This document shows positions 26,454-36,200 of a stretch of DNA of 64,000 bases, piece by piece. Positions within the stretch are counted from its first letter, which is position 1, and the number at the start of each line of letters is the position of its first letter. Position numbers and translations under genes: made by a program. The notes beneath the pieces were generated by a model, which made no database searches, was not told the DNA's origin, and was given only the letters and a program-made list of their open reading frames with translations. Location of the stretch: NCBI GenBank assembly GCA_024693545.1, contig JAILKT010000060.1:32723-96722 (forward strand), read 5' to 3'. The DNA is from Lachnospiraceae bacterium (GTDB lineage Bacteria; Bacillota; Clostridia; Lachnospirales; Lachnospiraceae).

Positions 26454-28784
26454 TCACAGTCCTATCTGCGACGCATATGGTTCAAAATCTCCTTTGGTAA
26501 ATACCTTACCTACTTTGATAAACTCATATTTTATCGCAAGGAGATAATGCTTCATATGAACTTCCTTACCGTCTCCGTCGGCTGCCGCAAGGAATGCGGC
26601 ATTGAGGATACAGTTCTTTATATTACCGCCCGCAAACTCAAAACGTTCGGCAAGGAACCTGAAATCCACGTCCTCGGCAAGAGGCGTAGTCTTCGGAACC
26701 GTCGTTCTCCAAAGCATCTCACGTGTATCGACATCGGGGAACTGGAATTCTACGATGTATTTCATACGTCTGAAGAATGCGGGATCGATGTTGTGCTTGT
26801 AGTTTGTTGCAAGCACGCACACGCCGTCATATGCTTCCATTTCCTGAAGGAGGAGTGCCGTCTTGTTGTTGGCCGATGCCTGGTTTGAACCTCCGTCATC
26901 GGAACGTTTTGCAAAAATAGTATCACATTCGTCAAAGAAAAGGACAACATTACATTTTTTTGCTTCCCTGAATATCATAGAGAGCGACTTCTCTGTTTCA
27001 CCGACATACTTGTCAACTACCTTCGAAACGTCAACTCTGTAAAGCTCCAGATTAAGCTCATGCGCAAGCACCTGCGCCATCATGGATTTACCGGTACCGG
27101 GTGCACCGAAAAGAAGAACTGTAAGTCCACGTCCGTAAGGATACTTCTTGATATAATTCCAGTCATCGTAGACCGCATTCTTAAAGTTCATCTGCTCAAT
27201 GGCATGTGAAATCGTCTCGCGCTGATCCGGATTCATAACGATATCGTCAAAACCGAATTTAGCCTCAACGCGTGTTGCCTTCTTACTGAGTTCCGAAGAC
27301 ATCTGCGCATTACATCCCTTGAACAGCATCGCCCTTGAGATTGCCTTTTCTTTATTCATTGTGGCGAGACTGCGTGCATGATAAAGGGCATCCTTTATCT
27401 TCCCCGGCGTAAAGAGGAATTTTATCGTCATCTCTCCGAGATCGCAATCCTCGCCGAGTTCGTACGGCTTGGAATAATAATTCCAGCATTCCGCACGCTC
27501 AGCAGCCGAAGGCGTCGAGATCGTCAGTTCTGTAAAATCGAGCTTCGTGATGGTTTTAAGCTGAAGCGTATCCATACTGAGCGTAAATACAAGAACGCCT
27601 TTCTCCGAAAGCTTCGAAAATGCCAGATCCATATATCCCTGAAATTTTTCCTTTTCTTCTTCTCTGTATGAAAGTTCTTCAAGGACACATGCCGAATTGG
27701 TGAGTATACATTCTCTGGCCGCTGCCCAAAGAGCCTTGTCTACAAACGAGTAATCATATACAAAAAGCTTTCGGCAGTTAAGTGCTATGGCCTTCAAGCC
27801 GCGCTTCGCGCAGAAATGCTTAACAAAGAATTTCCTTCCGCTGCCCTCATCTCCGCAATACGAGAAGATCTTCACGCCCTGATCGTAGGAAATCTCCATA
27901 GCCTCCAAAACAGCGCTGTTAGCGAGAATCGGATCGAGTTCTTTCCCATCCGTCAGCATTCTCATAAATCTTATATAGTTCTCATCGATCTTGTCGGGGT
28001 TTCGGCCGAAAAGGAAATCTATGATCCTTTTATCGGGTGAAACAACAGTCGAAAACGGCATACTTGAAGCGACCCTGAGGTCAAATACGGGAAGAAGCTG
28101 TTCAAGGCATACAGACATATCCGCATATACGCCCGTGATGGAGAATTCCTTTCCGTAGAACAGCTTTGCGGCAGATTCGATAGTCGGTGCCGAAAGCGAT
28201 CCGTTTTCATTGATAACCTGGAAAACTCCCGCATAGTCTGTCTGTGTAGATGAAAGAACAGCCGCAGCAAAACAGAATACCGTAAACGGTTCAAATCCCT
28301 GCTTGTTGCAAAGCTCATAGAAAGGCATTCTGATCCCCGCATTAACAGACGCCTCCGCTCTGCTCATGATATAATCCATGATCTCGGGAAGATTATCGGT
28401 CTCGTTTTCCGATTTCTTCTTTGACTCCACTGCTTCGCTCTCCGGTGCTTTCTCGGCAAATCCTGCCAGGAGGCTCATCAGATCGTCATCCTCCGCTAAA
28501 GCAGTCTCTTTACTTTCTGATTCCGAAGACTCCGCTTCCGTCGAATCGTCCGCTTTATTTTCTCCTTTAACAGAAAAAGCCCGCATCTTGTCGCGACATA
28601 TATCATGTGCCACTTCAAGATCGGGATACAGTACATTTTTATAGCCCCCCTGACCGGTTGCAAAGGTCAGTTTCATACCGGACAGGTATGCATCAAGCCC
28701 CGTATTTACGCAAGCAAAAAGATTTTCCATAAGCTCATCATAACTTGCAAACGGTTTGCTTTTTAATTCCTGTGAACAGATCAT
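26454..28784 (-). CDS. AAA+ ATPase of the contractile-injection-system type (Afp15/Pvc15-like)
   Basis: 776 aa with a long N-terminal region and one C-terminal AAA module (LLFGAPGTGKSMMAQ, VVLFFDECD, sensor and Arg-finger region). It lies at the distal end of a phage-tail-like cluster. Confidence 0.8.
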   Translation of the reverse strand: MICSQELKSKPFASYDELMENLFACVNTGLDAYLSGMKLTFATGQGGYKNVLYPDLEVAHDICRDKMRAFSVKGENKADDSTEAESSESESKETALAEDDDLMSLLAGFAEKAPESEAVESKKKSENETDNLPEIMDYIMSRAEASVNAGIRMPFYELCNKQGFEPFTVFCFAAAVLSSTQTDYAGVFQVINENGSLSAPTIESAAKLFYGKEFSITGVYADMSVCLEQLLPVFDLRVASSMPFSTVVSPDKRIIDFLFGRNPDKIDENYIRFMRMLTDGKELDPILANSAVLEAMEISYDQGVKIFSYCGDEGSGRKFFVKHFCAKRGLKAIALNCRKLFVYDYSFVDKALWAAARECILTNSACVLEELSYREEEKEKFQGYMDLAFSKLSEKGVLVFTLSMDTLQLKTITKLDFTELTISTPSAAERAECWNYYSKPYELGEDCDLGEMTIKFLFTPGKIKDALYHARSLATMNKEKAISRAMLFKGCNAQMSSELSKKATRVEAKFGFDDIVMNPDQRETISHAIEQMNFKNAVYDDWNYIKKYPYGRGLTVLLFGAPGTGKSMMAQVLAHELNLELYRVDVSKVVDKYVGETEKSLSMIFREAKKCNVVLFFDECDTIFAKRSDDGGSNQASANNKTALLLQEMEAYDGVCVLATNYKHNIDPAFFRRMKYIVEFQFPDVDTREMLWRTTVPKTTPLAEDVDFRFLAERFEFAGGNIKNCILNAAFLAAADGDGKEVHMKHYLLAIKYEFIKVGKVFTKGDFEPYASQIGL

Positions 28785-28804
28785 TTATAACATTCCTTCC
28801 CCGA

Positions 28805-29047
28805 TTACTGTTCTTTCCTCTTTTTTGTCTTAAAAACCGCGTACCTGTCAAACACACTCTCCGCGTTGTTTATGCCGTTGTTCATATCCGAGGAAAAAAC
28901 TTTACTTTTCTCGTTTATATAATGCCACTCATGTGGTTCATATTCCAATACGTCATCTTCAGGTGCATCACCTTCTCTGCGCCTTTTTTCTTTTTTATCC
29001 TTGTCGGCTTTTTGGTTTGCCCTGGCAAGTTCTTTTTCTATCCTCAT
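28805..29047 (-). CDS. small highly charged hypothetical protein
   Basis: 80 aa with a KDKKEKRRRE N-terminal part and a KTKKRKEQ C-terminus. Tightly packed between the kinase and the ATPase genes. Confidence 0.45.
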   Translation of the reverse strand: MRIEKELARANQKADKDKKEKRRREGDAPEDDVLEYEPHEWHYINEKSKVFSSDMNNGINNAESVFDRYAVFKTKKRKEQ

Positions 29048-29066
29048 AAGGTTCTTCCCTTCGGCT

Positions 29067-29480
29067 TCAGATCTTCTTCATGATCGTGAAAACATTCTTT
29101 CCGTCAACACGCGCATAGCTCACACTGTCCATGCTGTTCTTTACCATATAGATCCCCAGTCCACCGATTTTCCTGTCCTGCGCCGGAAGGGTAACATCCG
29201 GGTCTTTCCGAAGCAGTGGATTGTATTCGATTCCCTCATCCTCAAAAACGATCGTGGCATTGCCTTTTTTATCGGTATCAACGCTTATGTCAGCGTATTT
29301 TTCGGCATTCGGTAATTCCTTATATGCGTATGAAGCAATATTTACAAAAATTTCTTCAACGGCGACGTCTATAACCGGAAGTTCGGTGTTACTCCACCCT
29401 TTTTTTGTGAGTAACCCGTTAACAAAATCGATGACCCCGGAAAGCTCGGATACCTCTGCGTCAAATCTCGCTTTTACCAT
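29067..29480 (-). CDS. anti-sigma-factor-type Ser kinase (RsbW/SpoIIAB-like, HATPase_c_2)
   Basis: N box EEIFVNIASYAY, G1-like DEGIEYNP, G2 GGLGIYMV. The start is moved to the ATG at 29480 after GGGAGGA. Confidence 0.78.
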   Translation of the reverse strand: MVKARFDAEVSELSGVIDFVNGLLTKKGWSNTELPVIDVAVEEIFVNIASYAYKELPNAEKYADISVDTDKKGNATIVFEDEGIEYNPLLRKDPDVTLPAQDRKIGGLGIYMVKNSMDSVSYARVDGKNVFTIMKKI

Positions 29481-29506
29481 ATGTCCTCCCATTCAAATCT
29501 GACATC

Positions 29507-29806
29507 TTACTCTATGGTAATAATGCTGTCAAAGCCCGAGAGTTTCAAAACCGATAAAATCGCTTCCGAAACATTGATCAGTTTCATCTCCCCGCCCTTC
29601 GACTGTGCAGTCTTCTGACCTATCAATAGAGCTCTGAGTCCCGCACTTGAAACGTATTCGCATTTTTCAAAATCAATAGTCAGGTTTTTAACCTTTTGAA
29701 AAGCCAGCAAAATACTGCTCTGCAGGCCTCCGCTTGTTGAAGCATCAACTCTCCCCTCAACAGAAATAGTAATAAGTTCTCCGTTTCTCGTTTCGCTTAA
29801 TGTCAT
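29507..29806 (-). CDS. STAS-domain anti-anti-sigma factor (SpoIIAA/RsbV-like)
   Basis: ISVEGRVD...DFEKCEYVSSAGLRALL, with the conserved phosphorylatable Ser in the VSSAGL motif. The start is moved to the ATG at 29806 after AAGAGGGG. Confidence 0.82.
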   Translation of the reverse strand: MTLSETRNGELITISVEGRVDASTSGGLQSSILLAFQKVKNLTIDFEKCEYVSSAGLRALLIGQKTAQSKGGEMKLINVSEAILSVLKLSGFDSIITIE

Positions 29807-29904
29807 ATGTACCCCTCTTAGCATTTGAAATGTAGTTTCGACTCTTCCTTTCAACAATCGAAACAGATTATGAAATATCAATCCTCATCAACTTAATCAT
29901 GTTT

Positions 29905-29934
29905 ATTATACGCTATTTTAGGCTTTACATACAA
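29905..29934 (-). promoter_or_regulatory. internal promoter candidate ahead of the STAS-kinase-ATPase module
   Basis: Minus strand reads TTGTAT (29934-29929), an 18-nt spacer, then TATAAT (29910-29905), in the 135-nt gap after the gpI-like gene. Confidence 0.4.
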
Positions 29935-29941
29935 TAAAAAA

Positions 29942-31075
29942 TTATCTTAGTACCGGTCCGTCCTCATCATCCGTCAGTACCATCCCATCCTGCAGTTTTT
30001 CTCCGGGCATAAGAACGTTGGCATCAAGTGACATATGACTGTCAAGCTTTCCTTCCTTTGTATCGAATACCGTAGCATTGATATCGAGGTAACTGTGGGT
30101 GTCGAGCCCGCTCCTGCCTTCGAGATAAATGATACGCAGATGTGTCCTTATGGGAACGAACTGATTCAAAAGGAAGAAGAGCTGTGATTTCTTTTTTTCT
30201 TCCACAAACGATCTTATAAGGATCGTAACATCAAATTTGTTTTCTCCGAACATTCGCTGATCGTATTCGTCTTTGTTCTCGATTATGATGCACTTCTCCG
30301 AAAGCACTATCTCGCAGAGTCTCTCAAGGGCGGCTTTTGTTCCTTTCTTTCTGTTAAGCATCGGCGCCTCTTTCACAAGCAGTCTCAGCTTTTCTTCCTC
30401 AAGGAAATCGCCGCTCAGGTCGATACCCATCCAACCCGCATAAGTCACAAGCAGCTCCTTATCGGCCACTTCCGTATCGAGATTGACCGCATATCCGTCG
30501 ATCCTGTCCTGAAAATCGTTAAATATCGACGAAAGAACAGAAAGATACCTATGGAAGAATCCTCCTCTCTTTCTGTAAATCTCAGGCAACGTGTTCATAA
30601 AAGTATCGCCCGGATTTATGACTTTTATATCGCTCAAAGGTCCCTCGAAGCTTCCCTCAATTCGTATGGCAACAAAAAGATATCGTCCGTTGACGTCGTA
30701 CATAAGTATGTCGTTGGCACCTCTTATCGACTTTGCCCCCGCAAGCTCAAAAAGACTAAGTTTTATCCCCGGATCTTCATTTGTTTCGCAGAGGAACTCC
30801 TTCATATCGGAAAGGACATTTTTTCTCGTAAATGCCGTTGTTTCCGTAGCAAAATAAAATATCGTCACTTCGGTGTCATCGGGAACATTGATATTAAAGG
30901 TCAGCCTTCCCCATTCTGCTTCCTGCTTACCTGCGTCAAACGGTGGAAGAAAGACATAATGCATTCTGTCCGTATCATCACAAAAAAGCCTTCCTTTATC
31001 ATCCGTCTTAAGGGCATAAAGGGCGGAGTGGCTTATTCTGCTATTTTTAACTGAATACCTGGCTAAGTATGGCAT
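29942..31075 (-). CDS. baseplate protein, phage P2 gpI-like tail protein domain
   Basis: LPEIYRKRGGFFHRYLSVLSSIFNDFQDRIDG ... LLVTYAGWMGIDL ... LNRKKGTKAALERL matches the gpI-type LP.iY / wLA.WlG / RGT pattern. Confidence 0.75.
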   Translation of the reverse strand: MPYLARYSVKNSRISHSALYALKTDDKGRLFCDDTDRMHYVFLPPFDAGKQEAEWGRLTFNINVPDDTEVTIFYFATETTAFTRKNVLSDMKEFLCETNEDPGIKLSLFELAGAKSIRGANDILMYDVNGRYLFVAIRIEGSFEGPLSDIKVINPGDTFMNTLPEIYRKRGGFFHRYLSVLSSIFNDFQDRIDGYAVNLDTEVADKELLVTYAGWMGIDLSGDFLEEEKLRLLVKEAPMLNRKKGTKAALERLCEIVLSEKCIIIENKDEYDQRMFGENKFDVTILIRSFVEEKKKSQLFFLLNQFVPIRTHLRIIYLEGRSGLDTHSYLDINATVFDTKEGKLDSHMSLDANVLMPGEKLQDGMVLTDDEDGPVLR

Positions 31076-31090
31076 CTTCCCAAATCCTTT

Positions 31091-31191
31091 CTTTCAGAAC
31101 ATGTTAAGTTCGATCGATATTTTCCCGGCTCGTCAAAGTTACTTTCAGAACATATTAAGTTCGATCGATATTCTTCCGGCACAGCAAAGTG
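31091..31191. repeat. 51-nt tandem duplication spanning the stop codon of the 695-aa baseplate gene
   Basis: 31091-31140 versus 31142-31191 match at 43 of 50 positions. The downstream copy (31091-31140) is a ghost of the last 12 codons (RAGKISIELNMF-stop) preceded by an in-frame TGA. Confidence 0.85.
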
Positions 31192-33232
31192 CGTTTTCTG
31201 CAGGAATAACATCAAGACCGCTCATGATCGCATTTGAATTTTCCGGTTTTATCGATAATTCATAAATATGATCAACACAATCAAGTTCCTCAATATCGGT
31301 GAAAAGCGCATCAAATTTAAGGGTCTCGCCGAAATTCTGTTTACCTGATATGTAATCGAGGTGTTTTTCGATCACCTTCCTGATTTCTTCCATACTGTTC
31401 TCATAATGCTTTCTGACATATATCATCCCGTTGACCTCAATGGGAACATATGTGGGCTGCGCCACCTTGATCCGGGTAGAAAGTACCCTGCGCTCATCAA
31501 GGAAATCCTTTATCTTATTAACGTATATGCTCGGAAGCAGTGATCTTTCCGTATCGGAATACGGTTTGACCACCACCGTCACTTCATTCTTTGCGGAATC
31601 CGCGATCGCTTTTACTTTGTGAATACAAAGATCGGGGATCGTCCTCACCAGATCCTCATAGTCCGATTTCTTAACCGCAGTATAAGGCGTATTCAGGTCT
31701 TCCGTAAATCTGGCCGTAAGCTCATCCAGATTTTCCTTAAGTCTACCTCCCTCGCCGATATAGGGATTATAAAACCTTACGTTCGTTTCGTATCCTATGG
31801 GGATAAATGTGTTTCCCGGGCGTACATTACCCTCACTTCCCATAGTCACGGCACATGAGCAGATATAGAGCTCGGCTCCGATATAATCACCGGCATCCCT
31901 GATATATATATGTCCTTTTCTCTCGTCGAGGGTATAATACAGCTCACCCGGCTTGTTCCTGTCCGGACGTACAAAATCATAAAAATCTTCGCCGTCGATC
32001 GTCCTTTTTGCTATAAGCGTAAAGCTTTCGGGTACAACGTTCTGAACCGGCAGTTCTATATCCTGATCGTCATATCCGATCACCGTATCAAGCATGCGCT
32101 GACGCATAAGTTCTTCGTTATAGGCAACTATCTTTATGCTGTCCATTCCGCTGCCGGGACCGTATCCGTATTTTTCCTTGTTAAACAAGTATTTATACAG
32201 GCCGTAAGCCTCTTTCTCCCGGTCGAAGAATCTTCCTTTTTCTGTCGTTCTGAACCTCGAATCCTCATAAAGCCTGTACGAGCCCTTCCTCGATTCTCTG
32301 ACAAAAACGTTTACATAATCTTCTTCAAGAAGATCACAATATATCTCGAGCTCATCCATTTCTTTGAAAGTATGGCATATAGATCTCGTTTCCTTTTGCC
32401 AAACCTCAAAGAGGAAACCATGAACCGAAAAGAATCTCGGAGGGACATCATAGTCGGCTCTTTCAAGTACCGCTCTCAGAACGTATCCTTCTCTTCCCTC
32501 TTTTTTGAATTTAGCGCCTTCAACACGGGGTATGCTGAGCCTGAGCTCTCCCCCGTTGAGGAATGCACGCGTTGCATCTTTGGTCCTCAGATCGACAAAT
32601 CCGTCTTTTGTATAATACTGCCATTTAACGGCAGCAAAAATATTTTCGTGTCTGTCCCCGCCCGGAGTTCTGTGAAAACGATCGTCAAACCCGAAATAAA
32701 ATATCAGTTCCGTATCCCTAAGCGGTTCTTTTTCAAGGAATATATAAAGTTCATCTCCCACAGCGGGCTTGTCGCCGAAGATCCTGACCGTCATCGTTGA
32801 ATTTCTGTCGATAAGAGAAGAACAGTCTATCACCTTTTTCGATGCAACGGAAATGATCGATGAAATGGAGTTTGCATGAACTATACTCCTTCTGTTTGTT
32901 TCAAAATTTATATCCCCGATCCTGAATTTCTGATCGTTTGGCAGATAAAAATCATCCGTTACATTTTCTGCCGCAAGAAGAACTCTTCCGCATCTGCCCT
33001 CTCTTGCCGTAAATCCCATCAGCTTGAGCAGTTTTTCCTTAACATCGTCCGCAACAAGACCGAGCTGGTTACTTTGAAGAGAATTGAAAGCGGTAATAAC
33101 CTCCAGAAGCGTAACACCCGGATCCGAAGGGTTGAAATTCGTCCACTCCTTCGAATAAAGAGGTATCTTACTGAATGCCTCCTCGATCATTGTCAAATAA
33201 TTTTTCGGTTCTTTTCTCTTTATCCTGATCAT
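31145..33232 (-). CDS. baseplate wedge protein, gpJ/gp6-like (second copy)
   Basis: The N-terminus KEWTNFNPSDPGVTLLEVITAFNSLQSNQL... follows the J-like pattern W..n..DPG..LlE. It is positioned between the J-like and I-like genes. Confidence 0.65.
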   Translation of the reverse strand: MIRIKRKEPKNYLTMIEEAFSKIPLYSKEWTNFNPSDPGVTLLEVITAFNSLQSNQLGLVADDVKEKLLKLMGFTAREGRCGRVLLAAENVTDDFYLPNDQKFRIGDINFETNRRSIVHANSISSIISVASKKVIDCSSLIDRNSTMTVRIFGDKPAVGDELYIFLEKEPLRDTELIFYFGFDDRFHRTPGGDRHENIFAAVKWQYYTKDGFVDLRTKDATRAFLNGGELRLSIPRVEGAKFKKEGREGYVLRAVLERADYDVPPRFFSVHGFLFEVWQKETRSICHTFKEMDELEIYCDLLEEDYVNVFVRESRKGSYRLYEDSRFRTTEKGRFFDREKEAYGLYKYLFNKEKYGYGPGSGMDSIKIVAYNEELMRQRMLDTVIGYDDQDIELPVQNVVPESFTLIAKRTIDGEDFYDFVRPDRNKPGELYYTLDERKGHIYIRDAGDYIGAELYICSCAVTMGSEGNVRPGNTFIPIGYETNVRFYNPYIGEGGRLKENLDELTARFTEDLNTPYTAVKKSDYEDLVRTIPDLCIHKVKAIADSAKNEVTVVVKPYSDTERSLLPSIYVNKIKDFLDERRVLSTRIKVAQPTYVPIEVNGMIYVRKHYENSMEEIRKVIEKHLDYISGKQNFGETLKFDALFTDIEELDCVDHIYELSIKPENSNAIMSGLDVIPAENALCCAGRISIELNMF

Positions 33233-33269
33233 TTAAGCCCCTTCGGTCAGCCGTAAAAAGACTGGTCAT

Positions 33270-36200
33270 TTAAATATTTGAAAGCATTTCTTCGCTTATC
33301 GTATGTGCCTTATGTGTTCCGCTCTTAACAACAAAGAATTTGTTGTTCGGCAGTTTTTCTAGATCACATTCCTTCAAGCCGTTGGCATCCATATACGTCC
33401 CCGTAACAACAAGTCTTCTGATAAATGCACCTGTCTTCAGCGAATTCAGTTTCATCATTATCTGTGACTTTCCGGGAAGCTTTCCTATATCCCACCCCGG
33501 ATTGAGCGGATCCGATATCGGTGAAAGGAATGATGAAAGCGCTTTTGTGAGTTTAAGTCCGACTATATAATCATTTTCATTCTCAGTCCTGTTCATCCAT
33601 ATATCCACCGAAATAGACACGGGCACCGGTTCAACGATTTCGATCGTATCAAAGCTTGATGTAAACTCAACGCACTGCTCGAGATGATCACGCAGTCTCG
33701 GAACAAGTCTGTCGAAGGAATGTGTGCCCTTCCCGAAGTCTTTCATAAGCAGCACTATGCTTATGAGCCCTTCCTTCTTTCTTCCGTCCACCGATTCCCC
33801 GATAATACATTCGACTTTGTTGATATTATCGCTGAAACCGAGTATCTCATTTTTGTAATCCGCCATGGTGACGATCCTGTTTCGGCTTCCGATGATCCCC
33901 GCCGCTCTGTTGAGCGCGCTTTCAATTGATTCTATGCTGCTGCCGCCGTAAGCCGGTATCGGATTATAAAGATTTCCCAGGAAATCGACTCTCGTCATGC
34001 TTCCTTCTATCATATTTGCCGCTATATTGGCCTCGGCACCGTTACAGCTGCGTGCAAGCACTCTGACCGCCGTAGCATCCGTTACTGTTGGGATTGCCAC
34101 ATGAACACCGTCACCGAAGATTATCCTGCTCGTCTGCCTGTCAAGCACGTAATGCCTGTCACCTTCCTTTGACCTGTCAAACGAACTGACTTCTTCCCAC
34201 TTAACGAAGAAATTATCTATATTACCATATGTATCATATTCCGCAAGAACTCTGTCGTTTTCGTTTCTTACGAGCGCTTTCATTTCGTCGATACTATGTT
34301 TTCCGATCTCATTGACCCATACTTCCGCATCCAGAATATTCCTCTCTGCCAGCGTGACAGAAAGCCCCGGTGCAACATCGTCAAGGAAAAATTCCTCAAT
34401 CTCATGAGTATCTATATTGCTGACATCGACCGTGTTTAATATCATATTTTTTATGACCGGTCTGTATATATCTTCCTGACTGAAATGACCATCGATATCA
34501 ACTACTCTGATCCAGTAACATTTTCTTCCTTCAATGGCAACCGCCGCCATATCTTCGGGCGGCATAAACCTGATCTGTCCGGATCTGGCCAGGCAATCGG
34601 TTCCGTCCACTATCTGAAGAGGCTTGAATCCGCCGATAGTCGAGTATTCGTATCTGAGATTTGCTCCCACATAAGACGACTCTTCTTCAAGCTGAACAAA
34701 CATAGATATCGGACCTGCGACAAATCTGCTGCTGAACCCGAAATAAAGGGCATTGTCTGAATATGAGCTGACTCTGAAAGCAGTTATTCCTTTGCCTGAC
34801 ACAAGCGCATCCGTTACGTCTTCATGTTTGTTATTGCTTACAACCTCAACATGTTCGGGCTTAACGAATATATCATCGTATGAATATTCAACCGTTGCGT
34901 TTTTTATTATGGGATAGTTATGATTACAGGGCATCATGTAGCAATTATCACACTTAATACTCTGAAGTCTTATCGCCCTTCCGCGTCCCCCGTCATCATC
35001 CCAATCATCGGGACATATAAAGGAAAAAGTCCGTTTTCCCGCTTGGGCCGAGGCAAACATCGTTGATTCACCGGACGAAAGCTTAAGTCTTTTCCATCCT
35101 GTTGTAGAAGAGTATTCTATTGAGATCTCATCGACATAGGTTTCTACAACACGGGTATTTATGGCAAGTCTCGGCTTTCTCTTGATAACCTTAAGAGTAT
35201 CCTCTATCTGGGTAACCGACATCGTCACGGAGTTGACCGCAAATTCAACATCAAACGAAACAGTGATCCTTGCCCCCACTCTTGAAAAATATTTATCGTG
35301 ACGTAAAAAACACTCGTCGAACATCGATATTTTCTCGGAGAACGGCCTGAAATTAAGGGGATCGCAATCGATACTTCCCGTGCCGACCGACTCGAAGGGC
35401 TGTCTTTCGCCTACCGATGAAAAATCAATTCCGTTCACTCTGATCCGCTCATTTACGTTACCGGCAGGCTCGATAACCATCATCGAATATTCGCGGTCAC
35501 GCCTGATCCTTCGGCACTCCCCCGATTTCTTGAGATATATGATATCATTCTTCACATGACCAATCTCATCAAACGGAACAAACCCTTCATCAGTTAAGTA
35601 AGATATCCTGTATGTCCCGTCAATAATACGGTCCGAAAGTCCGTCGGGACTGTCGATCCTCATATATATCTTTTCATCGTTGATATCAAAATAGTAAGAA
35701 TGGAAAAGAAGCAGTGCATTTCTTGTGAGTTCCTCACCACTGTCGTCAAATGCTTTAAAGGATTTAAAGGCATATTCCCCAATCCATGTCTCTGTCTCAT
35801 CTTCATAACTTGGAACTGTTTCTTCACCGATCGAAAGTTCGGGCAGTATATCCATTTTTGCGGCCGATCCCATAATCTTTCTGATCTTGCCTGACGTTGC
35901 ATCTGTCGTAAGGATATCGGTCAGGTGTGAATTGGTGATAAAAAGATGATGGGATGTTTCAAAGATGATACGTTCTTCGCTGTCTCCCCCGTAAAGCTTT
36001 GTCCCCTTTTGAACAAAACTGCCGGGTACCGTGTCGGAGGCCAGTTCCATAACAACCGTTGTTGATGCGGGCTGTGCAGGCAGCAATGAAACCCCCGTCA
36101 TATTGGCAAGTTCCGAATGATAAACCTCGAGCAGCTCGTTAAAACGGTCGATGTTTTCTGCCATTTGTTCAGCAAAAATAATGCCGATAACCGAGCCGAT

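Noticed and set aside
31910-32800. Long plus-strand ORFs antisense to the big minus-strand genes (31910..32800 of 296 aa, 59200..60141 of 313 aa, 366..1133, 41174..41911, 60669..61455 and others)
   Set aside because: They are shadow ORFs. They are fully nested in well-supported minus-strand genes, have biased or low-complexity translations rich in Phe, Leu, Ser, Arg and Ile, and lack RBS or family motifs.
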